64,000 nt of DNA from an uncultured Actinomycetota bacterium (GTDB lineage Bacteria > Actinomycetota > Actinomycetes > Mycobacteriales > SCTD01), in assembly GCA_963762795.1 (NCBI GenBank), contig CAVXMC010000002.1, positions 840,717-904,716 on the forward strand, in the 5' to 3' direction. Made by a program: the position numbers and the translations under genes. This document shows positions 53,671-64,000 of the stretch, piece after piece. The notes beneath the pieces are model-generated. The model saw only the letters and a program-made list of their open reading frames with translations. It was not told the origin of the DNA and did not search any database. Each line of letters begins with the position of its first letter. The stretch's first letter is position 1.

Positions 53671-55458
53671 TCAGACCGGCCGGGAGAGCAGGTCGTGCTC
53701 GACCAGCGCCGACGGCAGGACGAGCGACAGCAGCTCCTCGCGGGGCATCTCGGCGACGTCGCCGAAGACGTCCGCGAGCGCGTCCAGACAGGTCAGGCCG
53801 GCCGCGAGCACGCCCCGGCGGCCGGCCCGGGAGGCCAGCCGGTCGACGTCCTGAGTCGGCTCGCCGGTCAGCAGCGAGGACAGGTCCGGCGCGCCGGAGT
53901 CGTGGTGCGGCGCCTCGCGCAGGCAGTCGACCAGGAGCCACCGCGCGCCGCGCGCACCGGCCGGCACCGCCGCGAGCAGCTCCTCCACCTGCTGCCGGCG
54001 GGGGGAGCCGTCGTCGTGCACCTCGTACGGCGGGACGTGCACGAGCAGCTGTGACGTGGCGCAGACGAAGGCCTCGACGAGGTCGGGTCCCTCGACGTCG
54101 GTCTCGAGCAGCTCGTCGAGCAGGTCGAGGGCGATGTCGCGGTCGAGCCCGCCGACGAGCGCGGTGCCGACCGCGCGGGCGGCCGCGTCCGACGGCGCGT
54201 GCAGCCAGGCGCGCGGGCCGACCCCGGCCCGAGCGCGGACGAAGCGGGCCAGGGTGAGGCAGGCCGACAGCGCCTCGGCCGCGGTCTCGCCGGAGGCGTC
54301 GTCCTCGAGCAGGCGGCGTACGGCGGCGAGCGGCTCGGCCAGCCGGCCGGCGCTTCGCCCGGCGACCTCGACCGCCTCGCTGGCGAGGGCCGCCGCGGTG
54401 CCCCGCAGCCACTGGAGCGCGGGCGGTCCGGCGTCGCGGACCCGGTCGGTGAGCGCAGGGACCGCGCTGTCGTCGCGACCGGCAGCGGCCACGGCGAGCT
54501 CCACCCACAGTCCGGCGAGGCGGGCGAGGCCTGCGTCGTCGACCATGCCGAGCCGGCGCAGCACCTCGTCGGCGGCGAGGTCCGCGCCGAAGGCGCTGCG
54601 GGCCAGCCGCGCGATGACGCTGACCGCGGCGCGCACCGACTCGTCGCGGTCGGCGCCGTCCAGCACGACCTGGGCGGCGGTGTCCGGTCCGGGGACCGCG
54701 GCGAGCGCGGCGGGCAGCGTGCTGAGCAGGCGCAGCACCTCGGTCTCGAAGGGCCCGGCGGAGGCCTCGACCGCAGCGATGCCGGCCGGCCCGCCCGCGC
54801 CCACGGCGGCCACCAGCGCCTGGGCCAGCCGCCCGGCGAGCTCGACCTGGAACTCCGGCGGCGCCAGCTCGAGCGCCCGGACCAGGCGCGCGTTGGCCTG
54901 CTCGGCGCTGAGGTCGCCCCGGTAGTGGGCCAGCACGGCCGTGGCCAGCGTCTGCGCGGGCGAGCGGTCGGCAGCGTGCTCGTGGGCGTCGTCGTGCAGG
55001 AGGATGTCCAGGTCGTCGGCGAGCCACGGCGTGAGCCGGCCGTGCAGGGCGTCGACGACGTCGGCGACCGGCAGCTGGAGCTCGGCGGCGAGCCGCTCGC
55101 AGTCGACCGGTTGGGCCCAGAAGCCCTGCTCGGGCTCCGCGTCGAGCACGGCCAGCAGGACCATCCGGCCCTCGTCGCCGGGCTGCCCGGGCAGCGCCGC
55201 GACGAGCGGCGCGATGGGCAGCTGCCAGGACAGGGAGCGCCCCTGCGACAGCACGCGGACGGTGACGTCGGCCGCACCGGGGCCGTTGCCGTGCACGTCG
55301 ACCCGGGCGTCGCCGGCGTCGATGCCCTCGGCGCCGCCGGGCGGCAGGAACGTGTGGAGCAGCACCGCGGGCTCCAGGGTCCCGGCCGCGTGCGCGTGCA
55401 GCACCGCGCCGGCGGCGCAGGCGTACACGGGGAGGACGTGCTGCTCGGGGGTGCTCAC
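53671..55458 (-). CDS. Hypothetical protein, 595 aa
   Basis: Intact ORF with coding-like Leu/Ala/Asp composition; no motif recognised. Confidence 0.7.
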   Translation of the reverse strand: MSTPEQHVLPVYACAAGAVLHAHAAGTLEPAVLLHTFLPPGGAEGIDAGDARVDVHGNGPGAADVTVRVLSQGRSLSWQLPIAPLVAALPGQPGDEGRMVLLAVLDAEPEQGFWAQPVDCERLAAELQLPVADVVDALHGRLTPWLADDLDILLHDDAHEHAADRSPAQTLATAVLAHYRGDLSAEQANARLVRALELAPPEFQVELAGRLAQALVAAVGAGGPAGIAAVEASAGPFETEVLRLLSTLPAALAAVPGPDTAAQVVLDGADRDESVRAAVSVIARLARSAFGADLAADEVLRRLGMVDDAGLARLAGLWVELAVAAAGRDDSAVPALTDRVRDAGPPALQWLRGTAAALASEAVEVAGRSAGRLAEPLAAVRRLLEDDASGETAAEALSACLTLARFVRARAGVGPRAWLHAPSDAAARAVGTALVGGLDRDIALDLLDELLETDVEGPDLVEAFVCATSQLLVHVPPYEVHDDGSPRRQQVEELLAAVPAGARGARWLLVDCLREAPHHDSGAPDLSSLLTGEPTQDVDRLASRAGRRGVLAAGLTCLDALADVFGDVAEMPREELLSLVLPSALVEHDLLSRPV

Positions 55459-55492
55459 CCCACCAGTCTTGCGGACGCGCCGCTCCGGCCGG

Positions 55493-56323
55493 TCAGCCGA
55501 CGGCCGCGACGACCGCGGCGCGCAGGGCCTCCCGGCCGTCCCCGGGGGTCAGCACCGCCTCGACCGAGGCCGTGCGCCGGCCCCGGCGCAGCACCCGGGC
55601 GCTGACCGCGACGTCGGTGTCGCGGGCGATCGGGCGCAGGTAGGCGTACGTCGAGGTCAGCAGCCGCGCGCCCGGCCCGAGCGCCGCCTCGGCGGCCAGG
55701 CTCGAGGTCAGCGCCCCCACACCCCCGTGCAGGCTGCCCGACACGTTGCCGAGGGCGTCGCGGGCGTGCAGGACGAAGGACAGCGCGTCCTGCTGCGCCT
55801 GCAGCTCCACCCCGAGCACCGCGAGCAGGTCGGTCGCGGTGGGCTCGCTGGTCAGCCCGAGCCGGGCGGCGCCCTCGTGCGGCAGCCCGACCGGCAGGAA
55901 CCAGCCCGACACCGCCGCGACCAGCCGGCCGGTCTCGTCCCGCAGCTCGCCGGCGGCGTGCTGGGCGGCGTCCCCGGCGTACGGCTGCGCCCGGCAGGTG
56001 GCGACCAGCGCGCCCTCGGCCGGGACCGGCGCGAGGTGGTCGACCGTCATGGAGATGGTGGTGACCGCCTGGCCGCTCGGCAGCGAGGCGACCACCGAGG
56101 TGGTCAGACCCACGTCGGCGAGCATCGGCCCGACGGCGGCGCTGGGCCGCCCGCCCGGGAGCAGCAGCTCGCGGTCCAGGGGCATCCGCACCGTCGTCCG
56201 CGCGAGCTCGGCGGAGACCAGCTGCACCCGCATGCGGCCGACCGCGGGAGGCACCCCGTGCTCGGAGTGCCAGCGGTGCAGGCGGGCCACGCCGTCGGCG
56301 GCGGGTCCCTCGAGGTCGGGCAC
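55493..56323 (-). CDS. PaaI-family double hotdog thioesterase
   Basis: TISMTVDHL, NVSGSLHGG, YLRPI, RRGRRTA. Confidence 0.8.
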   Translation of the reverse strand: MPDLEGPAADGVARLHRWHSEHGVPPAVGRMRVQLVSAELARTTVRMPLDRELLLPGGRPSAAVGPMLADVGLTTSVVASLPSGQAVTTISMTVDHLAPVPAEGALVATCRAQPYAGDAAQHAAGELRDETGRLVAAVSGWFLPVGLPHEGAARLGLTSEPTATDLLAVLGVELQAQQDALSFVLHARDALGNVSGSLHGGVGALTSSLAAEAALGPGARLLTSTYAYLRPIARDTDVAVSARVLRRGRRTASVEAVLTPGDGREALRAAVVAAVG

Positions 56324-56377
56324 CCGGCGACCCTAGGGCCCCTCGCGCCGGCGCCGGCGGTGGGCCATGATCCGGGC

Positions 56378-57281
56378 GTGACCGCTGCCGAGAAGCTCCG
56401 TACCCGCCGCGCCGGCCTCTGGACCGGCGCCCTCGAGGCCCTGCCCGCGCCGGCCGTGCCCGGAGGTCGTCGCCGAGATCGAGGAGCTGGGCTACGGCTC
56501 GCTGTGGTTCGGCGAGGCGTACGGCCGCGACAGCATGGTGCAGGCGCAGCTGCTGCTGTCCGCCAGCAGCACGATGGTCATCGGCACCGGGATCGCCAGC
56601 ATCTACGCGCGCGGGGCGATGGCCACCCAGGCGGCCGCGCGCACCCTCGAGGCGCTGGCGCCGGAGCGGTTCGTGCTGGGCCTCGGCGTGAGCCACCAGC
56701 CGCTGGTCGAGCGCGACCGGGGCGAGACCTACCTGCCGCCGCTGCGGGCCATGCGGGAGTACCTCGACGCGATGGGCAAGGCGCCGAGCTTCTCCGCCGA
56801 CACCGTCGTCCCGCCGGTCGTGCTCGCCGCGCTCGGCCCGAAGATGCTCGAGCTGTCGCGCGACCGCACCGCCGGGGCCCACCCGTACCTCGTGACGCCG
56901 AACCACACGAAGGCCGCGCGGGAGACCCTCGGCGAGGGGCCGCTGCTGGTCGTCGAACAGGCCGCCGTCGTCGGCCAGGACCGCGCCGAGGCGCTGCGCC
57001 GGGCGCACGAGCACCTCAACATCTACACCGGGCTGCCCAACTACCGGAACAACTGGCTGCGCGAGGGCTTCGACGAGACCACCGACCTGGTGCGCGGCGG
57101 TAGCGACAAGCTCGCCGACGCGCTGGTCGTCATGGGCGACGAGGCGGCCGTGCTGGCCCGCGTCCGCGAGCACCTCGACGCCGGCGCTGACCACGTGCTC
57201 GTGCAGGTGCTGGCGGAGAGCCTGGGGGCGGTGCCGCGGGAGGACTGGCGGCGCCTCGCGCCCGCGCTGGTGGAGGCGTAG
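56378..57281 (+). CDS. TIGR03620-like F420-dependent LLM-class oxidoreductase (frameshift near 56460)
   Basis: IEELGYGSLWFGE, TGIASIYAR, LGLGVSH, ALGPKML, GAHPYLVTP, LPNYRNNW, AGADHV. Confidence 0.87.
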
Positions 57282-57283
57282 CC

Positions 57284-58039
57284 GTGCGCCGCCCACTGCT
57301 CGCCGTCCTGCTCGGTCTGCTGCCGCTGGCGCTCGTCGCCGGCCCCGCCTCCGCGATCACCAACGGGACCTACGACGGCAACCGCCACCCGTCGGTCGGC
57401 GGCCTGGTCTCGCCGACGCAGTACTCCGACGGCACCTGGATCTACTGCTCCGGGACGCTGATCTCCCCGACGGTCTTCCTCACGGCCGCGCACTGCGCCG
57501 AGGACGAGGAGCGGGTGGCGGTCACCTTCGACCCCGACTACGAGGCCGGCGACGTCCTCTACACCGGCACGTTCCAGGCCGACCCGCTCTACCCGGGCAA
57601 CCAGAGCGACGCGCACGACATCGCGGTCGTCGTCCTCGACAAGGCGGTCAAGGGCATCGCGCCGGCGAGGCTGCCCAAGGCCGGCTCCCTGTCCAGCCTG
57701 CCGAAGGACCAGCGGTTCACGTCCGTCGGCTACGGCGCGTACGAGGTGACCAACGAGCCCGGCGGCCACCAGTACCTCTACGACGACCGCCGCATGGTCG
57801 CCACCGGGACGCTGAACGCGACCAACAGCACTTGGCTGCGCATCTCCATGAACGCCAGCAAGGGCGACGGCGGCACCTGCTACGGCGACTCCGGCGGGCC
57901 GAACTTCCTCGGCACCACCGACGTCGTCGCGGCCATCACCATCACGGGCGACGCAGTGTGCCGGTCGACCAACGTCGACTACCGGCTCGACACCGCGTCG
58001 GCCCGGGCCTTCCTCGGGCAGTACGTCAGGCTGCCGTAG
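57284..58039 (+). CDS. Secreted trypsin-like (S1) serine protease
   Basis: Signal peptide then ITNG; CSGTLI, TAAHC, DIAV, CYGDSGGP. Confidence 0.93.
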   Translation: MRRPLLAVLLGLLPLALVAGPASAITNGTYDGNRHPSVGGLVSPTQYSDGTWIYCSGTLISPTVFLTAAHCAEDEERVAVTFDPDYEAGDVLYTGTFQADPLYPGNQSDAHDIAVVVLDKAVKGIAPARLPKAGSLSSLPKDQRFTSVGYGAYEVTNEPGGHQYLYDDRRMVATGTLNATNSTWLRISMNASKGDGGTCYGDSGGPNFLGTTDVVAAITITGDAVCRSTNVDYRLDTASARAFLGQYVRLP

Positions 58040-59610
58040 CGCTGCGCAGGGGCACCTCGCGGATGAAGACCACGCAGGCCACCGCGAGGGCCAGCAGCGG
58101 GGTCGCGGCCAGGAAGATGCCGGCGACCCCGTGGGCGTACGCGTGCTCGACCACGGCCGCGACAGGAGCGGGGAGCGTGCTCACGTCCGGGATCGCCGTC
58201 CCGGAGCCACCGAGCTGACCGCTGCCGACCCCCAGCTCCTGCAGACCGCTCAGGACCTGGCCGGAGACCCGGTGCGACAGGACGGCCCCCAGGGTCGAGA
58301 CGCCGATCGCGCCGCCGAGCGAGCGGAAGAACGCGACGGTCGCGGTGGCCGCCCCGAGGTCGGCGCGCGGCACGGTGTTCTGCACGCACAGGATGAGGTT
58401 CTGCATCGTCGCGCCGAGGCCGATCCCGACCAGGGCCATGTAGACGGCCAGCAGGACGAAGCTGGTGCGCTCGTCGATGGTGCCGAGCAGGCCGAAGCCG
58501 GCGGTGGCGGTGATCGTCCCGCCGACGAGGAACCGCTTCCACCGGCCGGAGCGGGTGATCAACCGACCGACCACGAGTGAGGAGACGGCGAGGCCCAGGA
58601 TCATCGGCATCGTGCGCAGGCCGGATGCGGTCGGGCTCTCGCCGCGGGCGATCTGGAAGTACTGCGCCAGGAAGATCGTGGCGCCGAACATCGCCACGCC
58701 GACGAACAGGCCGGCCGCGGTGGCGAGGGAGACCGTGCGCTCGCGGAACAGGCGGAGCGGGATGACCGGCTCGTCGACGCGCAGCTCGACGACGGCGGCG
58801 AGGCCCAGCAGTGCGAGACCGCCGACGACGAAGGCGGCGGTGTCGAGCGACAGCCAGGGGAAGCTCTGGCCGGCCAGCGAGACCCAGACCAGCAGCGCGC
58901 TGACGCCGCCGGTGACCAGCGCCGCGCCGAGGTAGTCGACCTTCGCCTGGCGCCGCACGGTCACCAGGTGCAGGGTGCGCTGCAGCACCACGAGGGCCGC
59001 GACGGAGAACGGGACGCCGACGTAGAAGCAGGCGCGCCAGCCGAGCGGGGAGTCGACGAGCACGCCGCCGACCAGCGGCACCGGCGATGGTCGCGACGGC
59101 GAAGGTGGCGCCCAGGTAGCCGCTGTAGCGGCCGCGCTCGCGCGGCGACACCATCGAGGCCATGATCACCTGCGTCATCGCCATGATGCCGCCGGCGCCG
59201 ATGCCCTGCAGCGCGCGGCAGGCGATGAGCACCTCGACCGAGCGGGACAGCCCGGCGAGGATCGAGCTGAGCGCGAACACCGTGATCGCCGCCTGCATCA
59301 GCAGCTTCTTGTCGACCAGGTCGGACAGCTTGCCCCACAGCGGCGTCGACGCGGTCGTCGTGAGCAGCGTGGCGGCGACGACCCAGGTGTAGGCGGAGCT
59401 GCCGCCGTGCAGGTCGTGCAGGATCCGCGGCAGCGCGTTGCTGACGACGGTCGAGCTGAGCATCGCGACGAACATCGAGAGCATCAGGCCGGACATGGCC
59501 TCGAGGATCTGCCCGTGGCTCATGCTGCCGGGCACGGTGGCCTGCGGCGTGTCGGGGGCCACGAGGGCCTGCCCGTCCGCCTGCACACCGGTCTCTGCTG
59601 TCGTGGTCAT
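58026..59610 (-). CDS. MDR/DHA2-family MFS transporter (frameshift near 59085)
   Basis: VVSNALPRI, PLWGKLSD, RALQGIG, PRERGRY, FFRSLGG. Confidence 0.9.
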
Positions 59611-59642
59611 GCGTCCTCCTGTTGCCCGTCGCTGGTGACCTG

Positions 59643-59666
59643 AACAGGTTGTCGCTGACAACTGTT
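59643..59666. promoter_or_regulatory. Probable MarR operator upstream of MFS gene
   Basis: AACAG-GTTGTC-GCT-GACAAC-TGTT dyad between marR and the transporter. Confidence 0.65.
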
Positions 59667-59749
59667 CCCGCGCGGACCTGCCCTTCTTCCCGGACCGCAG
59701 CGACGGCGCGTACGGCCTGTCGCGGCCCGGGCGTACAGGCGGGGGCGGT

Positions 59750-60187
59750 CTAGCCCTGGGGCGCGTTGAGCCGGCCGAGCAGCTCGGCCAGGGTGGCGAC
59801 GTCATCGGGCGACCAGCCCTCGAGCCGCCGGCGGAAGCGGGCCCGGCGGGCCTCGACCGCTGCGGTGAGCCGGGTCCGGCCCTCCGGCGTCGCCACCAGC
59901 AGCAGCGCACGGCGGTCGTCCGGGTCGGGGGACCGGGTCACCAGACCCAGCCGCTCCAGTCGGCTCACCTGCCGGCTGATCGCGCCCTTGTCGACGCCGA
60001 ACAGCGCCGCGACGTCCTGCGCCCGCAGGCCGTCCTCGCGGACGATGGCGGCCAGCAGCGCGTACGCCGAGCCGTCCAGGTCCGGGTGCACCGAGCGGGA
60101 CACCTCGCCGGAGTTGGCCCGGGCCCGGCGCAGCAGCAGGGAGAACTCCCGCTCCAGCCGCTCGAGGGCCGGCTCGTCGGCGGTCAC
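59750..60187 (-). CDS. MarR-family transcriptional regulator
   Basis: VDKGAISRQVSRLERLGLV...DPDDRRA...TPEG. Confidence 0.92.
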   Translation of the reverse strand: MTADEPALERLEREFSLLLRRARANSGEVSRSVHPDLDGSAYALLAAIVREDGLRAQDVAALFGVDKGAISRQVSRLERLGLVTRSPDPDDRRALLLVATPEGRTRLTAAVEARRARFRRRLEGWSPDDVATLAELLGRLNAPQG

Positions 60188-60252
60188 CCGGTCAGCGTGC
60201 CACGCCGGCGATACCCGCTGGACGTGCGGCGCGCCGACGGCAGGATCAGCCG

Positions 60253-60894
60253 GTGACCACTCCGCGCACGACCCCCACCCGGCTCGCCCAGCGGGTCCGC
60301 TACGACGAGGCCACCGTCCACGCGGTGCTGGACGAGGCGCTGGTCAGCCACGTCGGCTTCGTCGTCGACGGCCGCCCGGTGGTGCTGCCGCACCTGCACG
60401 CCCGCATCGGCGACCGGCTCTACCTGCACGGCTCGACCGCGGCCCGCGCCCTGGCGACCGCCCGCGAGGACGGGCTGGAGGTCTGCGTCACGACGACGCT
60501 GCTCGACGGCCTGGTCCTCGCGCGGTCCGCCTTCCACCACTCCGTGAACTACCGGTCGGTCGTCGCCCTCGGCACCGCCCGGCTGGTCGAGGACGCCGCC
60601 GAGAAGGACGCCGCCCTGCGGGCGCTGGTCGAGCAGGTGGCTGCCGGCCGGGCCGACCAGACGCGTGCCCCGTCGCGCAAGGAGCTGGCGGCGACCGCGG
60701 TGCTGCGGCTGCGCCTGGACGAGGTGTCGGTCAAGGTCCGCACCGGCCCGCCGGTGGACGAGCCGGAGGACCACGCGCTGCCCCACTGGGCCGGGGTCCT
60801 CCCGCTGTCCACCGTGCCGGGCCCGCCGGAGCCGGCGCCGGAGCTGCCGGCCGGCGCGCCGGTCCCGCTGCACGTCGCCACCTGGGGCCGATGA
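60253..60894 (+). CDS. Pyridoxamine 5'-phosphate oxidase-like flavin-binding protein
   Basis: LYLHGS, DGLVLARSAFHHSVNYRSVV, KVRTGPP, WAGV. Confidence 0.88.
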   Translation: MTTPRTTPTRLAQRVRYDEATVHAVLDEALVSHVGFVVDGRPVVLPHLHARIGDRLYLHGSTAARALATAREDGLEVCVTTTLLDGLVLARSAFHHSVNYRSVVALGTARLVEDAAEKDAALRALVEQVAAGRADQTRAPSRKELAATAVLRLRLDEVSVKVRTGPPVDEPEDHALPHWAGVLPLSTVPGPPEPAPELPAGAPVPLHVATWGR

Positions 60895-60951
60895 GTCGCC
60901 GCGGCGCGGCGCGTCGTACTGGGTGACGCCCCTCGACACCCAGGAGACGAC

Positions 60952-61743
60952 ATGCCCACTCGTGAGACCGCCCCGACCGGCGCCCCCTGCTGGGTCGACC
61001 TCTCGACCCCGGACCCGGCCGCCAGCCGCGCCTTCTACGGCCGGCTCTTCGGCTGGACCGCCAGCGAGCCGCAGGAGCAGTTCGGTGGCTACACCAACTT
61101 CCTGCGCGACGACGTGCCGGTGGCCGGTCTCATGCAGGCGATGCCCGACCAGCCGGTGCCGGCCGCGTGGTCGGTCTACCTCGCCACCGACGACGCGCAG
61201 AAGACCGTCGAGGCCGCCGCCGACGCGGGCGCCCACGTGATCACCCCCTCGATGCCGGTGGGCGACCTCGGCAGCATGGCGCTGCTCGTCGGCCCGGACG
61301 GCGCGGCCATCGGGGCCTGGCAGGCCGGCACGTTCGCCGGGACCACGGTCCTCGGCGAGCCCGGGACGCCCAGCTGGTTCGAGCTGCACACCCGCGACTA
61401 CGCGTCGGCCCTCGACTTCTACCGCGGCGTCTTCCGCTGGGAGACCGAGGTCGCGAGCGACGTGCCGGAGTTCCGCTACACGACGGCGAAGGACCCGTCC
61501 GGCCAGGACGTCGCGGGGGTCATGGACGCGACCGCGTTCCTGCCCGACGGCGCGCCGGCGCAGTGGTCGGTCTACTTCGGCGTGGACGACGCGGACGCCG
61601 CCTCGGCGCTGGTGGTCGAGCTCGGCGGGTCGGTCCTGGCCGCGGCCGAGGACACGCCGTACGGCCGGCTCGCCACCGTCGCCGACCCGGCGGGCGCGGT
61701 GTTCAAGCTGGTGGCGCCGAACGACGCCATGCCGGCCCGGTAG
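60952..61743 (+). CDS. VOC/glyoxalase family protein (two domains, CFP32-like)
   Basis: GAPCWVDL...FYGRLFGW, WSVYLA, WFELHT, DTPYGR...DPAGA. Confidence 0.92.
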   Translation: MPTRETAPTGAPCWVDLSTPDPAASRAFYGRLFGWTASEPQEQFGGYTNFLRDDVPVAGLMQAMPDQPVPAAWSVYLATDDAQKTVEAAADAGAHVITPSMPVGDLGSMALLVGPDGAAIGAWQAGTFAGTTVLGEPGTPSWFELHTRDYASALDFYRGVFRWETEVASDVPEFRYTTAKDPSGQDVAGVMDATAFLPDGAPAQWSVYFGVDDADAASALVVELGGSVLAAAEDTPYGRLATVADPAGAVFKLVAPNDAMPAR

Positions 61744-61757
61744 CACTCCGTCACGTC

Positions 61758-62114
61758 ATGGGGGGCGTCGACGAGCTGGTCGTCGACCTGCGCGCCGGGA
61801 TGGGCACCGTGGCGATCGAGGAGGCGCGGGCGGCCCTGGTCCGCGCGGCGCAGGACGGCGTTCCGGTGCTGTGCGTGGTGCACGACCCGGACCTCGCCGT
61901 GGTCGACCTGCTCGCCCGGCTGGAGCTGCTCCGCCGGTCCGGGCTGCAGTGCCGGGTGGTCAGCAGCGGCCCGGCGTGGCTGTCCGCGCTGGTCGACCTG
62001 GTGGGGCTGGCCGAGGCCGGTACGGGGCTGTCGACCCTGGTCGGCGGCGCCCTCGCCTGGCAGTGCCCGCCGCTGCCCGAGCCGGGGCCGGCGGTCCTCC
62101 CGGGCGAGGACTGA
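61758..62114 (+). CDS. STAS-like small protein
   Basis: VLCVVHDPDLAVVDLLARLELL...LSALVDLVGL, resembling the actinobacterial STAS_2 family. Confidence 0.55.
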   Translation: MGGVDELVVDLRAGMGTVAIEEARAALVRAAQDGVPVLCVVHDPDLAVVDLLARLELLRRSGLQCRVVSSGPAWLSALVDLVGLAEAGTGLSTLVGGALAWQCPPLPEPGPAVLPGED

Positions 62115-62235
62115 CCCTGCCCCAGCGGGCGGTCCGCCGCCCGCCCCAACGCGCCCGCGTGCCGGGTCCCGCCCCGCTCGCCGCTCAGCACGTAGGGCCC
62201 GGACCCGGCACGCGGAGGACCGGGTGCGGCGGGCG

Positions 62236-64000
62236 TCAGGTCGTGGCGATGGCCGCCAGGACGTTGAGCCGGGAGGCGCGCCGGGCGGGCAGCCAGGCGG
62301 CGACCACCCCGGCCAGCGCGGCCAGCAGGACGTAGACCACGAGCGTCCCGGCCGGGACGCTCAGCTCGCTGACCCCCTCGCCCTCGAGGGCGTGCTGCAG
62401 CGCGACCCCGAACGCGGTGCCGACGACCAGCCCGAGCAGCCCGCCGAAGGCGCAGATCAGCACCGACTCGACGCGGACCATGCGCTTGACCTGGCGGCGT
62501 GACATGCCCACCGCCCGCAGCAGCCCCAGCTCGCGGGTCCGCTCCAGCACCGACAGGGCCAGCGTGTTGAGCACCCCGAGCAGCGCGATCATCACCGAGA
62601 ACCCCAGCAGGATGTTGATGATCGTGACGACCTGGTCGACCTGGCTGGCCGCATCGTCGACGAACTCCGAGCGGTCCTCGACCACGATGTTGGGGTAGTC
62701 GGCGACCTGGCTGCCCAGGGCGGCGCGGACCGCCTTCACGTCGGCTCCGGGGGCGAGCGCCACGAGGCCCACGCCGTTGCGCTGGGAGGCGAAGCCGCTG
62801 GCCAGCGCGTCGCTGACCAGGTAGCCGCCGGCCAGCTCGTTGTTGGCGAACACGCCGGCGACGGTCAGCTGGCGGACCGGTCCGCGGGACAGCTGCACGG
62901 GCAGCACGTCGCCCGGGCCGACCCCGGCCTTCTCGGCCTCGTCCTCCGACAGCAGCAGCGCGTCGTCCGTGAGCCGGGTCGTCCCCTCCACCGCCCGCAG
63001 CCGCACCAGGGACCCGATGGCGTCCGGGGGCAGGGCGGTGATGAACGGCGACTCGTCGCCGATCTTCGCCGGCCCGAACTTGAGCCCGGCCACCTGGGCG
63101 ACGCCGGGCTGCTTCCTCGCCGCGGCGAGGACCTCGTCGGGGAAGCCGGGGCCCTGCACGTCGAGCAGCAGGTCGGCACCGACCGCCTGCTCGGCGATGA
63201 CCGCCACGCTGGCCTTGACCGAGGAGCCGAGCACGGTGACGGCGCTGATCAGGGCGACGCCGACCATGAGCGCGGCCGCGGTGGCCGCGGTGCGGCGGGG
63301 GTTGCGGACGGCGTTCTCCCGGCCGAGCCGCCCGGGCAGGCGGCGGGCGAAGATCCGCCCGACCAGCATCGACACCGGCCGGCTGACCACCGGCGAGACC
63401 ATGGCCACGCCGAGGAAGGTCGAGCAGCACGCCGACGCCGAGCAGGAGGAGCCCACCGGCGGTCAGGGCGCGGGCCATGACCACGACCCCCACGGCGAGC
63501 AGGACGCTGCCGACGATCGTCTGGCGGCGCAGCGACCGGTCGGGCGTCGCCGCCTCGCGCAGGGCGGCGATGGGCGGCACGCGGCCGGCCCGGCGCGCCG
63601 GCAGCAGCGCGGCCAGCGCCGTCACGACCGTCCCGACCAGGAAGGCCGCGATGACGGTGCGGGCCTGGATGACCGTCGGACCCTCGGGCAGCTCGGCGCC
63701 GAAGGCGCCGAACAGCGACGTGAGGCCGAGGGCCACCCCGACGCCGGCCGCCAGCCCCAGCACGGAGCTGATCAGCCCGACGACGACGGCCTCGAGCAGG
63801 ACGGCCCGGTTGACCTGGCCGCGGCTCGCGCCGAGGGCCCGCATGAGCGCCAGCTCGCGGGTCCGCTGCGCGACCAGCATCGAGAAGGTGTTGAAGATGA
63901 TGAACGCACCGACGAACAGCGCGACGAGGGCGAACACCAGCAGGAACGTGTTGAAGAAGCCGAGGCCCTCCTTCACGTCGCTGGCCTGGTCCTCGGCCAG
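62236..64000 (-). CDS. ABC transporter permease (FtsX-like, two domains), 5' end beyond window; frameshift near 63420
   Basis: IFNTFSMLVAQRTRELALMRALGASRGQV; RNPRRTAATAAAL; NTLALSVLERTRELGLLRAVG. Confidence 0.93.

Noticed and set aside
1-64000. rRNA, tRNA, transposase, integrase, prophage or defence genes
   Set aside because: No such motifs recognised on either strand by eye; a covariance-model/HMM scan would be needed to exclude weak cases.

Overview
Very GC-rich actinobacterial chromosome segment (Frankiales/Geodermatophilales/Sporichthyales-like by gene order; inferred). It carries the conserved near-origin block NUDIX-cca-MFS...ino1-PadR-DUF5318-ponA1-GT87...nfo-rpsF-ssb-rpsR-rplI-dnaB, followed by metabolic and accessory genes: 2-oxoacid dehydrogenase E1a/E1b/E2, Trx-NHL protein, acyl-CoA dehydrogenase, two SpoIIE phosphatases, a c-di-AMP riboswitch with an NlpC/P60 gene, LLM oxidoreductases, MarR-MFS and an FtsX-type permease. 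Many genes, including essential dnaB, cca and ponA1, are split by single-base frameshifts, most likely long-read or assembly indels, so I stitched CDSs across frames by eye and boundaries are approximate. I found no rRNA, tRNA, CRISPR, transposase or prophage. The best leads are: two intergenic arrays (plus two singletons) of REP/REPIN-like long-spacer inverted-repeat modules; a four-gene GT-C glycosyltransferase island inserted after ponA1; a cupredoxin-like lipoprotein with a His-rich membrane protein (possible metal uptake system); two unannotated small proteins; a DnaA-box cluster before dnaB; and several readable operators and promoters. No single clearly novel system could be proven from sequence alone.
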